From NCBI GenBank assembly GCA_030324005.1, contig JARDVH010000193.1, forward strand, positions 83,492,325 through 83,556,324: a DNA stretch of 64,000 nucleotides, read 5' to 3'. Below, piece by piece: positions 50,452 to 63,597 of the stretch. The position numbers and the translations under genes are program-made. Source of the stretch: Negaprion brevirostris (Eukaryota). Position 1 is the first letter of the stretch. Each line of letters starts with the position of its first letter. The notes beneath the pieces are model-generated. The model was not told the DNA's origin, did no database searches, and worked only from the letters and a program-made list of their open reading frames with translations.

Positions 50452-51617
50452 TGTTATGATTCCAGTTGGTGGTTTGACTAGGAGATTCCAGGATGGAACA
50501 CTGGCTCAAAAGAGCATAACTTTTACTTGTTTTAGAAAATGTGGAGGAACAGAGTCACAGGATTGCTAGTTAGTTCTTGATAACAAGAAAAAACTCATTT
50601 AATAAACATGAAAAGTTTGGTTATAGTACAAGGCTCCTTTATATCCCTCTCTGCTTTTCAAATGTATACTGTTTTCAAAGATAGCACCCTATTCTGAAAT
50701 CACATAGCTGATGCCACTTAACTGAGCTGTGAATTTCTTCTCAAAATTCCCCAGATGATTGTCAACACGAATGTTTCCAAACTTCACTCCCAAAACAACA
50801 AACTTTAAAATTTTCTTTGAAACATTGCTTTCCATTAGCTGTTTTTATTAACAATCCAGCTCCAGGTTTTCCAAATATCCTTTCAAACAAAGTTTCTCCT
50901 TCACTGTTTTAATAAGGAAGTCAGTTGGAAATTTTCCAGCTCTCCTTTCAGGTTTCCTTAGTTTTAAAGCTTTTACACAAACACTCTGATCCACTTACCA
51001 ATTTCCATAATTATTTCAACTCAAGTTCCACAGGCTGCAGTAAAATCTCACAAATCTTAGAATCACTTCAGATACTTTTCTGGCTTCTCAGTAGCCAACA
51101 TCTTCTCAGCTCAGCCTGCGTCTTCATTGAGCAGCACCCTGCTCTTGTTCCAGATCCCTTTGTTCCTTTAGATATCTTGGAAACTTCTCTTAATGTTTCT
51201 GGTTTCCTTAGCTTAGCTGCTCTTTAAGCTTCAGGTGCTGGCTTTCTGAACCATCATTCCATGGTGTGGCCTTTCTTCTCGCAAAGCTGTGAGGGATGTT
51301 CCCTCTCTAGTTTCCTATAACTAACTGCTAACAATTCAGTTAAAAACACAATCCCAAAAATACCTTCCTCCCCTAGAAGTGCCCTGGTTACTAAGCAACA
51401 ACTTTTTACTTCTCCCAGTTTGTTTACTTTTCACACTGTAACCCTTTCTAAGCACAATAGTTGAACTCTATTTGAATTGACCAATCGCCCAATACCTTTA
51501 TCTAACATGAATCTAACTAGAGTTTAACCTTTATTTTCACACTTAAATCCATACCTTATTTTTAATATTTAACAATGTCAATATAAATCGCTTAATGCTA
51601 CCTCTGTTTTCCTGACA
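50452..51617. mobile_element. Probable solo LTR (~1.17 kb)
   Basis: Starts TGTTA, ends TGACA. Flanks TTAT/ATAT (near 4-bp TSD). Strong T/C strand skew and no coding motifs. Confidence 0.45.
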
Positions 51618-52707
51618 ATATGAGTCCCTCCAGTTAACTATGTCACTTAATGAAGCAAAAGTAATTTCACTCTCTTAATAGCTATTCTGCATGCCAATGA
51701 CCAACATGCAGACACAAAAAATGACAATTCACTGTTTTGCATTTCTTCAAATTGAAAAGTAGGAGGGGTTCTGCTGACTTCTTTGTGACAAGGGACATTT
51801 AATTCTAGTACGGCCGCTGACATCACTGAGATGTATCATCAATGAAGGTCTCTGTATCCTCCTTCTTGTGCTGGGTTAATACGCAGATGCTGCTGTCCTT
51901 CCTGCTGTAGCTTTTTCCTCATTGCAAATTATCTGAGTACTTGAATTCTTCCAAGTGTCAACATCTCCATAGTAAATTTACTGAAGTGGGTTGAACCATT
52001 ATGTGGATAATTGCAGTTTTATGCTTAATATTAGTCTTTAGACTACAATGGAAGAGTGCTAGCTTGCTACCATCACACTTATCATTAACTTTGCATGAGG
52101 TCATTAAACTTCTTTCTGTGCTAGAGAGAGGCTCTTGTGGTTAGGGAGTTGCCACTCACTGCCCATGCCACCTCCTTCTATATGCTCTTTGTTATTGTGT
52201 TGACAGATCTTTTGTTAACTTCTTTCAACTATTACATTCCACCTCTGCCTTATTTCTGTCAAATTCTCAGAGTATGAATATTTCTGAGAAATTTGCAGTC
52301 CATTTATTTATTCCTATCTGAACCCTTTTCTATAACTTTTTGCCTACTGTACAGTGCATTCTAACTTTCAACAATACACCAAACTCTCAAAAGTACTTAT
52401 AATCCTGCCACTTGCCCCCATCCCACATATTCTTCAGTTTTACCCCCTCCTCCACTGCTGGTCAGTGCTGTTGGAATGCAAAACATGGGAAGAGGATACA
52501 GGCTGACACTAAAAGAAGAAAATTCAAAACGGAAGACAAAGTTCATGGTTTGATGTTTTGATATTAGTGTTGAGTCCAGAAGACTATGAAGTTCCTAACT
52601 GGAAGGGGAGGTTTTTATTCCACAAGTTTTTATTGGGATTCAGATCTATCTACCTCTACCATCAACTCTCTACAGTTCTGAAAATGAGATATGGGATTGA
52701 AACTATT

Positions 52708-53545
52708 GGGCAGAATTTTCCCTAATTTGTCAGAGTGTCAGGGTCTAACTGAAAAACAGCGTGCATCTCTCTGGATGTACTGCAAGTTTTCACATCAGGT
52801 CTCAACCACTCTGACAAAAGGAAATCTGAGGGCCTTGTTTACACCATCAATCTGGTGGGGCAGAGCCAGAGGGAGTTAGCAAGGCTGGGTCTACAGAGAT
52901 CAGGGTGCCATCTTCAAAGGACACCCCAACCAGAATTGAGATAAAACTCCCCTCAGCATTCCCCTCCCCACCATAAAGGTATCAGGTGCTCTTCCCCCTC
53001 CCACCATGATAGTATTGGGTGCCCTCCAGGGCTCCCGCTCCCCCTCCCCATGGCACAAGTATTTGGGCTCTGCCTCATTCCCCACAATCACAGCTGCAAT
53101 ATTGCCAGCATTCCCCCCATTACTGCCAGGTCTCCTCCTCAATACCAGGTGTACCCATCACTGCCAAGAAACCTCTGTCAAAGGCCTTGTCACTGTCCCA
53201 GCGACCCACCACACTTAACAGAAACACGTCCCAATTGGGCTCATCATAGCGTCCATCCCTTGCATTGTCTTTTGGAAGTGCCCACCTGTGGCAGGGAGCA
53301 GTACCAGAGCACTGCCTGGTCATGACTCTTTCTCTCTACTTACCTTGGCATCACTGGAGGGATTCTTCAGCTTGTTTCTGTCTTGATAAAGCTGTTATGA
53401 ACCTTGCCGACATCACATCACATCAGCAAATATTCAGTGAGAGGGTAACGTGATGGGTGGGCCCTTTAATGATATTCAAATTCATTAAAATGTATTTAAA
53501 TGGGGTTACTATCTGGCAAGAACCTCGGTATGTTACCGGTAAATA
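52708..53545. mobile_element. Harbinger-type non-autonomous element
   Basis: Starts GGGCAGAATTTTCC. C-rich interior similar in style to 7553-8623. Right end uncertain. Confidence 0.5.
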
Positions 53546-53549
53546 GTAG

Positions 53550-53750
53550 GGATAATCAGAAAGCGAGAAACTTGTTTCCCAACTGTCATCTNNNNNNNNN
53601 NNNNNNNNNNNNNNNNNNNNNNNNNNNNNNNNNNNNNNNNNNNNNNNNNNNNNNNNNNNNNNNNNNNNNNNNCTCCACAGATGTGTCCTGACCTGCTGAG
53701 CTTTTCCAGCATTTTCCGATTTTATTTCAAATCTCAAGTATCTGCAGTAT
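53550..53750 (+). mobile_element. Penelope-like terminal remnant, partly gapped
   Basis: CTCCACAGATG...GACCTGCTGAGCTTTTCCAGCATTTT...TTTTATTTCA. Confidence 0.55.
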
Positions 53751-53799
53751 GTTGCTACTATATTAAAATAAGTCGGCTTTGGGATTTCTGGCAGGGTGT

Positions 53800-54870
53800 T
53801 CAAAGGATCCTGTTACAGATAATGGTTGGATACAATTCTGCTGCTGCTAATAGCTGACCATCTCGTTGTTGCTCAAACTTGAGTTGCTAGATCTGTTCAA
53901 CTTCTATCTCATTTAGGATGGTGGCAATGCCATACAAGATGATGGGCAGCTGCATTTGTAGTGGGCAAGTTTTTGAGGATGAGATCAAGTAGGTTTTGCC
54001 CTCTTCATCTGCTGCAGACTCAGACTAGCAGCGATATCTTTAGGGTTTGACCATCTCATCAGTAGTGGTGCAACCAAGTCAAACTTGGTGATGGACATTG
54101 AAGTCCCCACCCAAAGAATGTTCTGTGCCCTTGCCACCCTCAATGTTTCCTCCAAGTGGTGTTCAACATGGAGGAGTACTGACTCATTAACTGAGGGAGG
54201 GGCTGCACATGGTAATCAGCAGGAGATCTCCTTGCCCATGTTTGACCTGATGACACTAGACTTCATGGGATCTGATGTTCAGAGCTCCCAGGGCAGCTCT
54301 GTTTTGATTGTATACCATTATGCTGCCACCTCCCACCTCAGAACAGATCCAGGGGTAATGATAGTGGTGTCTGGGGCATTGTCTGTCCTGTATGGATCCA
54401 TGAGTCTGTGTCAGGCATGACTAGTCTGTGAGACTGCTCTCTCAATTTTGGCACAAATCCCCAGATATTACTAAGGAGTACTTTGTAGGGTCAACAAGGC
54501 TGATTTGCGATTGTTTCCAGTGCCTAGATCGATGCTCTATGTTCTATCGGTTTTTATTCCTTTGCCACTTTTTCATGATTTGCTGCAACTGAATGGCTAG
54601 CTAGGCCATTTCAGAAGTCAGTTAAGAGTCAACCATTTTGCTTTGCATCTGGAGTAACATGTAGACCAGATTAGGTAAAGTTAGCAAGGGCAGCAGGTTC
54701 CTTTCCTTAATGTAACTAGTGAACCAGATGGGTTTTTACGACAATTAACAAGGGTTTCTTGATTATTAAAATTTTAATTCCAGATATTTAAATTTTATTC
54801 AAATTCCATCACCACCATGAATCTCTGGACTACCAGTCCAATGACAATACCATTGTGCCACCAGCTCCTC
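53800..54870 (-). mobile_element. 5' end of a LINE (APE endonuclease) preceded by SINE-B head and body
   Basis: Minus strand 'NIWGFVPKL' (~54445-54472) and 'WVGTSMSIT / GDFNVHHQ' (GGGGACTTCAATGTCCATCACCA) APE motifs. 54590-54870 aligns to SINE-B. Confidence 0.75.
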
Positions 54871-54899
54871 CATTGCAACTGTTTTAGATAAAATAATTA

Positions 54900-56375
54900 A
54901 TAGCCATTCACTGGTTCATTCTTCAGGCGATGCCTTGACCAATCTGGTTGCATGATATAAATTTTCAAACAATGTTTGGCAGTTAATTGACAGTCACCAT
55001 GAACTGATGCATTTCCCATGGCAATGTTTCTACCAATCAAAATCCACTTGCCAACCAATTAGCACTCTTTTCTCAGCAATAACCTGCTCAGTGATGCCCA
55101 GTTTGGGTTTTGTCAGGGTCACTCAGCTCCTGACATTACAGCTTTGGTTCAAACATGGACAAAAGAGCTAAATTTGCGAGGCGAGGTGAGGCAAGCAAAA
55201 TTGTAATCAGTGGGTAACGGTGGAAAACTCTATGTTGGTTGGAGTCACACCTGTTATATAGGAAGATGGTTGTGGTTATGATGGGTCAGTCATCTCTGCT
55301 CCAGGACACTCTGCAGGAGTCTCTCAGGGTAGTGTCCTAGGCCCAACAATCTTCAGCTGCTTCATCATTGACCTTCCCTCCATCANNNNNNNNNNNNNNN
55401 NNNNNNNNNNNNNNNNNNNNNNNNNNNNNNNNNNNNNNNNNNNNNNNNNNNNNNNNNNNNNNNNNNNNNNNNNNNNNNNNNNNNNNNNNNNNNNNNNNNN
55501 NNNNNNNNNNACATTTGCACCACACAAATGCCAGGCAATGATCATCAACAATAAGAGATACTCTAAACACCACTCTTTGACATTCAATTGTGTAACCATT
55601 ACTGAATCCCCCACTGTCAACATCATTGGGGTTACCATTGATGAGAAACTCAACTGGACTCACCACAAAAACACATTGGTTAGAAGAGTAAGTCAGAGGC
55701 TGGGAATACTGTGACGAGTAACTGACCTCTTGACTCCCAAAGCCTATCCACCATCTATAAGGCACAAGTCAGGATTGTGATGAAATAGTCACCACTTGGC
55801 TGGATGAGTGCAGCTCCAACAACACTCAAGAAGCTTGACACCATCCAGGATGAAGCAGCCCGCTTGATTGGCACCATATCTGCAAACATTCAATCCCTCC
55901 ACCACTGATGCTTAGTAGCAGCAGAGTGTACTATTTACAAGATGCACTGCAGCAATTCACCAAAAATCCTTAGACAGTACCTTCCAAATACATGACCACT
56001 TCCACCTAGAAGGACAAGGGCAGCAGATAAATGGGACCACCATCACTTGCAAGTTCCCCTCCAAGTCACTCACCATCCTGACTTGGAAATGTATCGCTAT
56101 TCCTTCATAGTCGCTGGGTCAAAATCCTGGAATTCTCTCCCTCACGGCACTGTAGGGCAACCCACAGAAAATGGACTGCAGTGATTCAAGAAGGCAGCTC
56201 TTGAATCAAGGACAAACTAGGGATGGACAATAAATGCTGGCCATCCAGCGATGCCCAAGTCCCACAAATGAATAAAAAGTGTAAAGTTGCTGTTTCCGCT
56301 GTCAAAGGTATTCTTGAGATAGTCCTGATGAGTGCAAGATAAAAAGAATCAACAAAATGTCTTTTTTGAGCGTTT
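54900..56375 (+). mobile_element. Penelope-associated repeat split by a LINE-B insertion
   Basis: 54900-55078 and 56280-56375 join to give the repeat seen at 10140-10410. Decayed hammerhead GTCCTGATGAGTGCAAGATAAAA near 56322-56345. Confidence 0.5.
55080..56280 (+). mobile_element. LINE-B RT domain to 3' end
   Basis: CAGTTTGGGTTT (QFGF) and CAGGGTAGTGTCCTAGGCCCAAC (QGSVLGP). Tail CCCACAAATGAATAAAAA. Confidence 0.9.
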
Positions 56376-58173
56376 CTCAAATTGTTATTGCTGTACTATT
56401 TTATGTTCAAAAAAAATTCAATAAAGAGAAATAGGAGTTCAAAATGTGATTGGATCACAATCCAATAATATAGGTTAGCAATATGGGCAGACACAACTAT
56501 AGTTCTGCAAGGGAAAGGATTCCAGCTTCTCATTCCTGTTCTGTTTTTGTTTTCAGCTCAGGTTCCAGCTCCATTTTAGGGAATTTGGAAAGTACATTTA
56601 TTGTCAGTTTAATTGAAATGTTAGTTTATTAAACACTGTTTGCCATTCACAAATATATCTTCAATAGTTTTCCCTTTGTAAAATCTTCCTGCTTGCCATA
56701 TGTTACTCAGATCAGGAATTCTGTTTGTTGTCTGTTCCTTAATGCTGTAGTGAAATCATTTTGATTTGATTTATTATTGTCACCTAGACTTCTGCAAACA
56801 GTGGATGTTCATGTTCATCCATGGTTTTTGGTTGGGAAACAAGTGGATTTGCTTCTTTGGCATACAATCTTCTATACCCTTACTCAGGGAACAAAAGAAG
56901 TGCACTCATGGTTTATTAGGATTGTGAATGGGTAACACGAGTGAATGAGCAGGGAGGATGTGAGCAGCACCCACTCTATCCCCATTTTTGTCATTCACTG
57001 AAGGTTGTTCCTGGCCTTTATTTGTGCTTCTTCAGGACAGCATGAGTTGCAAAAATACTTGGAAATGCACTTGAAGTGTCATAACCTACAACGATTTGGT
57101 CAACAGCCTGAAAATAGTTTTAGGCTACATTAGGCTTCTGGTTGGCTGGCATAGGTGTGATGGGCTGACCTACCACCGTGCGTGTGTAAATTTTTATGTT
57201 TCCATGGCAGACGTTTCAACCCAATGCCTAGAATATGAACGCATGTACGCAGCCAATTGTCAAAGACCCGAGGAGTAGACAGCTTTTCTGAAGCTTAATG
57301 GATTGAGTGGTACTGGCAGAGGTTTTCCCTTACTAAAAGTCTACCCATTTCTTTGTTTCATGTAAAATGCACCAAGTGTTATTAAGTGATAAAATAAGTA
57401 TTTATAACTGAGGGTGGTCAGAAATGAAGATAAGTTGAGGTGGCTCACACATTGCAGATTGCTAAATCCTTTACTTCTCTGCACAGTGCATGGGAGATTC
57501 AACATATAGTGCCCAGGACCTTGTGGTTAGTAAAACTGTTAAAAGGCTTGGCTATCTCTGGGGAGGTGTCTGTCTTACTTCTTACTGAGATTCCCGAAGT
57601 GTGAATTGCGAACAATAATTATTATACATCCAGCTGTCAAACTAGAAAAGAGGAAGGTGAGCCATTAAAGAGACTAAACTATTGAGCTTTGCACAATTAT
57701 GTCAAATGTAACTTTATCTTTCATTCAAGATGGAAGTTATTACTTTAGAGGAGATGATTCCTCAGTACCTTTGTAGGTTTGTGCTAATAATAACCTCCAG
57801 ATGCTCACTTTAAGTAAATCACAACTCTCTGTCCCCTATGAAATCCATGATGTTCTTTGTCATGAATCAAAGAAACTGGAGTAATACATTAATCCTGGCT
57901 TTAACTTATTACAGACGTGCAAAGGTGTAGTAAGCATTTTGAAGTTGATATGCAGATCAGCATATTACGTTACTTCCTCCTAGCCACTGCCCCTTGTTCC
58001 CGTCAATATTTCAGTGCTCCTAGAAGTTGTGTGAAGCCATCGCTTACAAGAATTGGTGTAGGTTCCGTGTCCTATTACTGAAATAAAATGGTAACGAATA
58101 AATGATTCTTCAGATTCCTTTATGCCACTTTCAAAATTAAGCTGATGTTAATTTGTGTAGAATTACATGTAAT

Positions 58174-58856
58174 GGGTGGAATTTAATCCAACTCTCAAGA
58201 GCAGGCCGAGAGGCAATGGAGCCATAAAATCAGGAGTAAAAGCAAAGAAGGGAGCAGAGCATTGTCTTTCCAACTCACTCGAACTTAAGATCTTCATCCT
58301 GCCAAGACTGGTAATGTAACACTGGCAGTGCGGAGCTCTACATCAATTGAGGAGACTGCCCAGTAAAAGCTGGTGATCTCCATGTGGGTTTGAGGGGGTG
58401 CGATGGTGGCCTCTTAATAAATCACCCTGTGGCATATGGATGGCCTCACTCTTTGGCAGCAAGGCTGCCCACCAGGAAAGATTCTCCCCCTTCTCTCAAC
58501 AATAAACTGCAGCCATTCCTCCCTTCACCCCCCTCTCCTCAGCCAGGCCTACGTGACTAGCCTCAGCAAGCCACAGGTACTTCCCTCCATTCTGGAGCAT
58601 CTTTTGCTGTTGTTGGTCCAGGCAGCAGAGGCTACTGCTCCCATTGGTGATGGGGATTATAGAGCTGCCAACAATTTGATTAGTCAACAGCTTTTAGAGG
58701 AGGGATCTCAAAGTTGAAAAAGCTCAATTTTTGATGTGAAGCCATTAACTACCTGATAGGCAATTGCATCAGGGCTTCTTGAAATAGATGTAGCAAAGTT
58801 GCACTCAGCTTTCTGGCCAAATAGCAGAATCACCACTACAGCCATTAAATTCAGCC
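58174..58856. mobile_element. Old Harbinger-type MITE
   Basis: Ends GGGTGGAATTTAAT / ATTAAATTCAGCC. Confidence 0.45.
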
Positions 58857-60072
58857 AAAAATGTACATCTTCCTTAGCCTAGTCACAGAATGAGGCATTG
58901 ATTCTAATTTGTACATAACCAATGATCATATAGTAGACAAATTATTGTCAATGAGTTGAAAAGAGACTGTATGACAGAATATGGTTTCACTGTGTGTTGG
59001 TTATCAGGCAAGTATTTTTTATGCGAATGAGTAGGAAATATTAATCTCAAAATTAGGACCATGATTGGTGAATAGATTTGGAAGTGCCTTGGATGATGTA
59101 ACTTTGCTGTCTTCATCGTCTTGTGAAGGTAAAACGAATATTTACACAGACATTCCACCATCAAGTGTGAAAGAAATTACAATTGCACTCACAGCATTGC
59201 ACAATGGACTCTTTCCTTTGCCTATTTTGCAATGATCTCTTGTTTTACTAGATGGAATTAGGGCCCCGTGTGATTGGTAATATTTCCTGCAGAGAATAAT
59301 TCATGGTGTCGGAACTAGATGGCACTGTGGCCTACCTTCTCTCCCCTTCCTAACATCCTATTTGGTTACTGGGGAATCAGAAATGTTATCTATTCCTTCA
59401 ATTACTGTTTGTTCATCTCAGGCTCTGAGTCTGACTATCTGATGAATGTTTCACATTTCCTATCCCTCTTCACCCATTTTTGTTTTTCTTAACTAGCTCC
59501 AGTGCATTTTAGAAGTTCATTTGCATGATTTTCTGTTAGAGTGATTTATCTGTCTGTTGTGTTTTAAAGGAGATACAGGAGAAATTGATAAGCTTATTAA
59601 AAATACAGCTTGAAACAGTAAGGACTCCATGCCTTTCTCCCAGTTTCTCTGCTTCCGTCGCATCTGTTCCGATCACGCCACCGTGCAAAATGACATTTCC
59701 GACATGTTGGCCTTTTTCCTGAATAATTCCTCGGAGACTGTATTCTTGGTTTTACAAAGTAGGGGCGTAGAGTACAAAAAGCAGGAAGTATGCTAACCCT
59801 TAATGAATCACTGATTAGGTTTTACTTGGAATAGTGCATCCAATTTTGAATACCATGCTTGAGGAAGAATGACAACACCTTAAAGAGGGTGCAGATAGAT
59901 TTATTAGATTTACATGGAAAATATGGCTGGTAATTTGACCCATCCAATTCATGCTTACATATATGCTACACCCAAGCCTGCTCCATCCTTCTTTAGCCAA
60001 TTCTAACAATATAGCCCTTTATTGCTTTCTCCCTCATAGTGCTTTCTGAGCTTCCCCTGAAATGAATTGACA

Positions 60073-60362
60073 ATGGTAGCACAGTGGTTTGCACTGCTAC
60101 CTCAGTACCAGGGGCCCTTGTTCAATTCTAGCATCGGNNNNNNNNNNNNNNNNNNNNNNNNNNNNNNNNNNNNNNNNNNNNNNNNNNNNNNNNNNNNNNN
60201 NNNNNNNNNNNNNNNNNNNNNNATTGGCTGAATTAACCCTAGTGTCATGGGGATTAGCAGGGTAATATGTGGGGTTACGGGAAATAGGGCCTGGGCAGGA
60301 TTATGGTTGGTGCAGACTAAAAGGGCTAAATGGCTTCCTTCTGTACTGTAGGGATTCTAAGA
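60073..60362 (+). mobile_element. HE1-type V-SINE, gapped
   Basis: Head GGTAGCACAGTGGTT and tail CCTTCTGTACTGTAGGGATTCTA. Confidence 0.88.
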
Positions 60363-60874
60363 TATTCCCTTCAACTGCTCCATGTGATAGCGAGTCCCAC
60401 ATTCTAAGCAATCTTTATATAAAAGTGCTTTATGTAAAGGTGAATACCTATTTGATTTTATGATGGCTGCTTTATATCCATAGCCTCTGGGTCTGGTCTT
60501 GCCCACAAGTGGAAATAGTTGGCGGCATTGTTCGACTCAAGACCAGAAACTCTTGCTGGGGGTCAACGGACATTTCCATTTTCTGCCCCTCGACCGCTCC
60601 AATTCCATATTGAGTGGGGGTTTAAATTTCAATGAGTTTCTCTGCATCTTGGCAGGACCTATTCATTACTTCAAACCTGAACTGTGTTCCTGTGGAAGCT
60701 TCTGGACTTCTCATCTCCAAGATCAATGCTTCATAACAGAGGGATGAAAAGACCAGTTATCCACAAAAAAAACTGAAAGATCATCATTTACCACCTATTG
60801 TGGAGTGATGTATTTGGATTTCAAGAACAAATAATACTGGTATCGGTCATTGACTAAAACTGGCTGTAGATAAT

Positions 60875-61001
60875 GACCGGAATTTTACCACAACACCCAC
60901 CACGGAAATTGGAGCAGGCGAGGGGCGAGAGTATGGGAAGCTCCATTGACGTCCTGTGCAATTTTACACTTTCAGGATGAGCAAGTCATAAATCCCTGTC
61001 C
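60875..61001. mobile_element. Short Harbinger-type MITE
   Basis: GACCGGAATTTTAC ... ATAAATCCCTGTCC. A related inverted piece lies near 60510-60630. Confidence 0.4.
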
Positions 61002-61430
61002 AATGAGTTTCGATCTAAAGATCAAGAAAAAACATGACCAGTCTGCAGAATAACTACAAAAAGATGGTTGCTGCAGCAAACTCCATGCCATCTTTATGTT
61101 TAGGAACTGAACAGACATAAAATCTTTCTAAACCTCCCAAATTAGTTCCTAAATCTAAATCCACCTATAAACAATTGGACTCCTGAAAAGATAGTTACAA
61201 CCTGATGATCTACTGAACATTCCTCTTTTTAAGGGAATCTTACTCCTAATATCCAACTTAAGCTTTCTGAGTTCATCCAAACTACAAATCAAGAGTGGGA
61301 AAGACTTCCTTCTTCAACAGACCTGCAATGACAGATCTCCAACAATAAACTTAACACATGAACAGTTAACCTAGTTAACTCTAAACTTTGTGTTATAGAC
61401 TTTGTCTTGTAATCTTCTTTAATTATACCT

Positions 61431-61746
61431 AGAATCGTAGAATCCTACTGTGTAGAAGGGAGCCATTCGGTCCATTGAATCTGCACCAAACACGATCCTA
61501 CCCAGGCCCTATCCTCATAACTCCTTATATTTACCCTAGTTTGTCCCCCTTATACTAAAGAACAATTTAGCATGGCTAATCCACCTAATGCCCACATCTT
61601 TGAACTGTGGGAGGAAACCAGAGCATCCACGCGGACACAGGGAGAATGTGCAAATTCCACACAGGCAGTGACCCAAGCTGGGAATTGAACCCGAGTCCCT
61701 GGTGCTGTGAGGCTGCTGTGCTAACCACTGTGCCACTATGCCACCC
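61431..61746 (-). mobile_element. HE1-type V-SINE
   Basis: Complete reverse-complemented head, V-domain and (TAGAATC) tail. Confidence 0.92.
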
Positions 61747-61859
61747 AAGTATTGGAAAAAAGGATGAAGAGTGAAGGGTTAACCTTGCATCTTCAAACAT
61801 TTATATCTTGAAGTTTGAACATATGTAAACTGAAATACTTCTGACTCTCACCAAAGTAA

Positions 61860-62420
61860 GAATAGGTTCAGCTGTTATGTTCAACTCACCTCAAATCTTG
61901 CTTAGATCACATGTGGAGTATTATGTTCAGTGCTTGTCACCATACCAAATAAAGGATATAGTATTGGTAGAGAGTGTAAAAAAGCCTTGCAACCAAAACT
62001 GTGGGATCATATCAGGAAGGGATAAACTGGAATATCTCCTTGTTCTTCAGAATATAGTACTGAGGAGTGACAGAACTGAGAGTGGTAAATCTATGAAATG
62101 TTTTGATCGCATGGATAAGACAGTGGGAGGAATTCACTGTCAGTGACAGATGAAGTTTGAGAAAAAGAAATGTGACGTGATGAATTTGGTAGGAAGAATG
62201 TGGAGAGATAATAAAAAAACTCTAAAGGAGCTGCAGGAGTGACGACCTGGGTAGGCATGTGCACAAATCATTGAGGGTAGCAGGACAGGCTGAGAGAAAA
62301 GTTAACGCATAAAGTCCCCTGGATTTTATGGACGAGGAGGTCATGTTGAATTTGTGCAAGTTTAAAGCTGGCCTCAGCTGAGGAATTGTCCAATTCTAAT
62401 GCCACACCTTAGGGAGAATG
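61860..62420 (+). mobile_element. Old CR1 ORF2 fragments
   Basis: 'LLRSHVEYYVQCLSPY..KDI' and CAGATGAAGTTT..AAATGTGA..TGATG..TTTGGTAGGAAGAA. Confidence 0.7.
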
Positions 62421-62439
62421 TGAACATATTGGCAAGGAT

Positions 62440-62719
62440 AAAAACATAGAAATGAGAAGCAGGAGGAGGCCATTTGGCCCTTCGAGCCTGCTCCACCATT
62501 ATTTTGATCATGGCTGATCTTCAAATTCAATTTCCTGATGCCCCCATTCCCCGCCACACCCCTTAATCCCTTTAGCCTTAAGAGTGACATCTAATTTTGT
62601 CTTGAAATCAGATAATGTTTAGTTTCAATTGCATTCATGATAGTGAATTCCACACATTCACCACCCTCTGGGTTCTCCCAGGTTTACTCCTTATCCTCAA
62701 ACTGTGCGCCGTAGTTCTG
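62440..62719 (-). mobile_element. CR1 3' end
   Basis: AGAAGCAGGAGGAGGCCATTTGGCCCTTCGAGCCTGCTCC...GATCATGGCTGATC and 'TQRVVNVWNSL'. Confidence 0.85.
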
Positions 62720-62819
62720 NNNNNNNNNNNNNNNNNNNNNNNNNNNNNNNNNNNNNNNNNNNNNNNNNNNNNNNNNNNNNNNNNNNNNNNNNNNNNNNNN
62801 NNNNNNNNNNNNNNNNNNN

Positions 62820-62881
62820 TGAACCTGGTTCCCTGGCGCTGTGAGGCAGCAGTGCTAACCACTGTGCCACTGTGCCATCCC
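62820..62881 (-). mobile_element. V-SINE head (rest in gap)
   Basis: CCCTGGCGCTGTGAGGCAGCAGTGCTAACCACTGTGCCAC. Confidence 0.85.
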
Positions 62882-63149
62882 CGTCTTGAGCATGTGCTGT
62901 ATTACAACATAATGTTCAGATTTTTCAGGCTGAGTGTGTGAATAAATAGTCCTCTCCATTTAATCCCTCAGAAGCTGGCTACATTTATTCCTATAATAGT
63001 CACACACATTCTAGAGGGCTCTGGGCGAGTAGAGGTTGGCAGAAACAGGGAGATGTGCTAATAATAACACCTATCTCCATCTGCAAAACTACACTGATCG
63101 CAAACATTAAGAAGAAGGGAGTTAGAGATCTGAGTTTATCTCCCCTCCT

Positions 63150-63575
63150 CTGTCTATAACAGTCTATTCCATCAAAACCATTCATAATTTAAAAGACCTC
63201 TATTAGGCGAACCCTTAATGTTCCTTTTTCAAAAACAAAGAGACCCAGCTTGTTAATCCTGTTTGGTATCATCCTGATAAATCTTCCTTTTTGAAGCCTC
63301 CAAATCCATTTAACAATATGGTGACCAGAATTGTGATCTGCACTAAGCATGGCCTAACCCAGGTTCGATAAAAATCTGCTTAATCTCTCCATTGTTCAAT
63401 CCTCTTCTTCTAGAAATAAACCCATGTTCTCGGTTTGCTTTATTTTTCATGTCTAGTTAGCCTGTGTCCACCTTTAACAACTTGAGTATTTGTACTCCTA
63501 AATCCCTTCTTAGCAAAATGTAAAACCTTACAGTTCGCTGTGTTGAAATTCATTTTCCAATTATATGTTCATTTT
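63150..63575 (-). mobile_element. Old CR1 fragment
   Basis: ATATGGTGACCAGAATTG and GGCCTAACC (WSPY, VRP) motifs on the minus strand. Confidence 0.6.
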
Positions 63576-63597
63576 ATATGTTCGGGGATTCAGTAAT

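Noticed and set aside
59311-59326. CTCF-like motif GGAACTAGATGGCACT
   Set aside because: Mismatches at the conserved CC positions. A single partial match is expected by chance in 64 kb.
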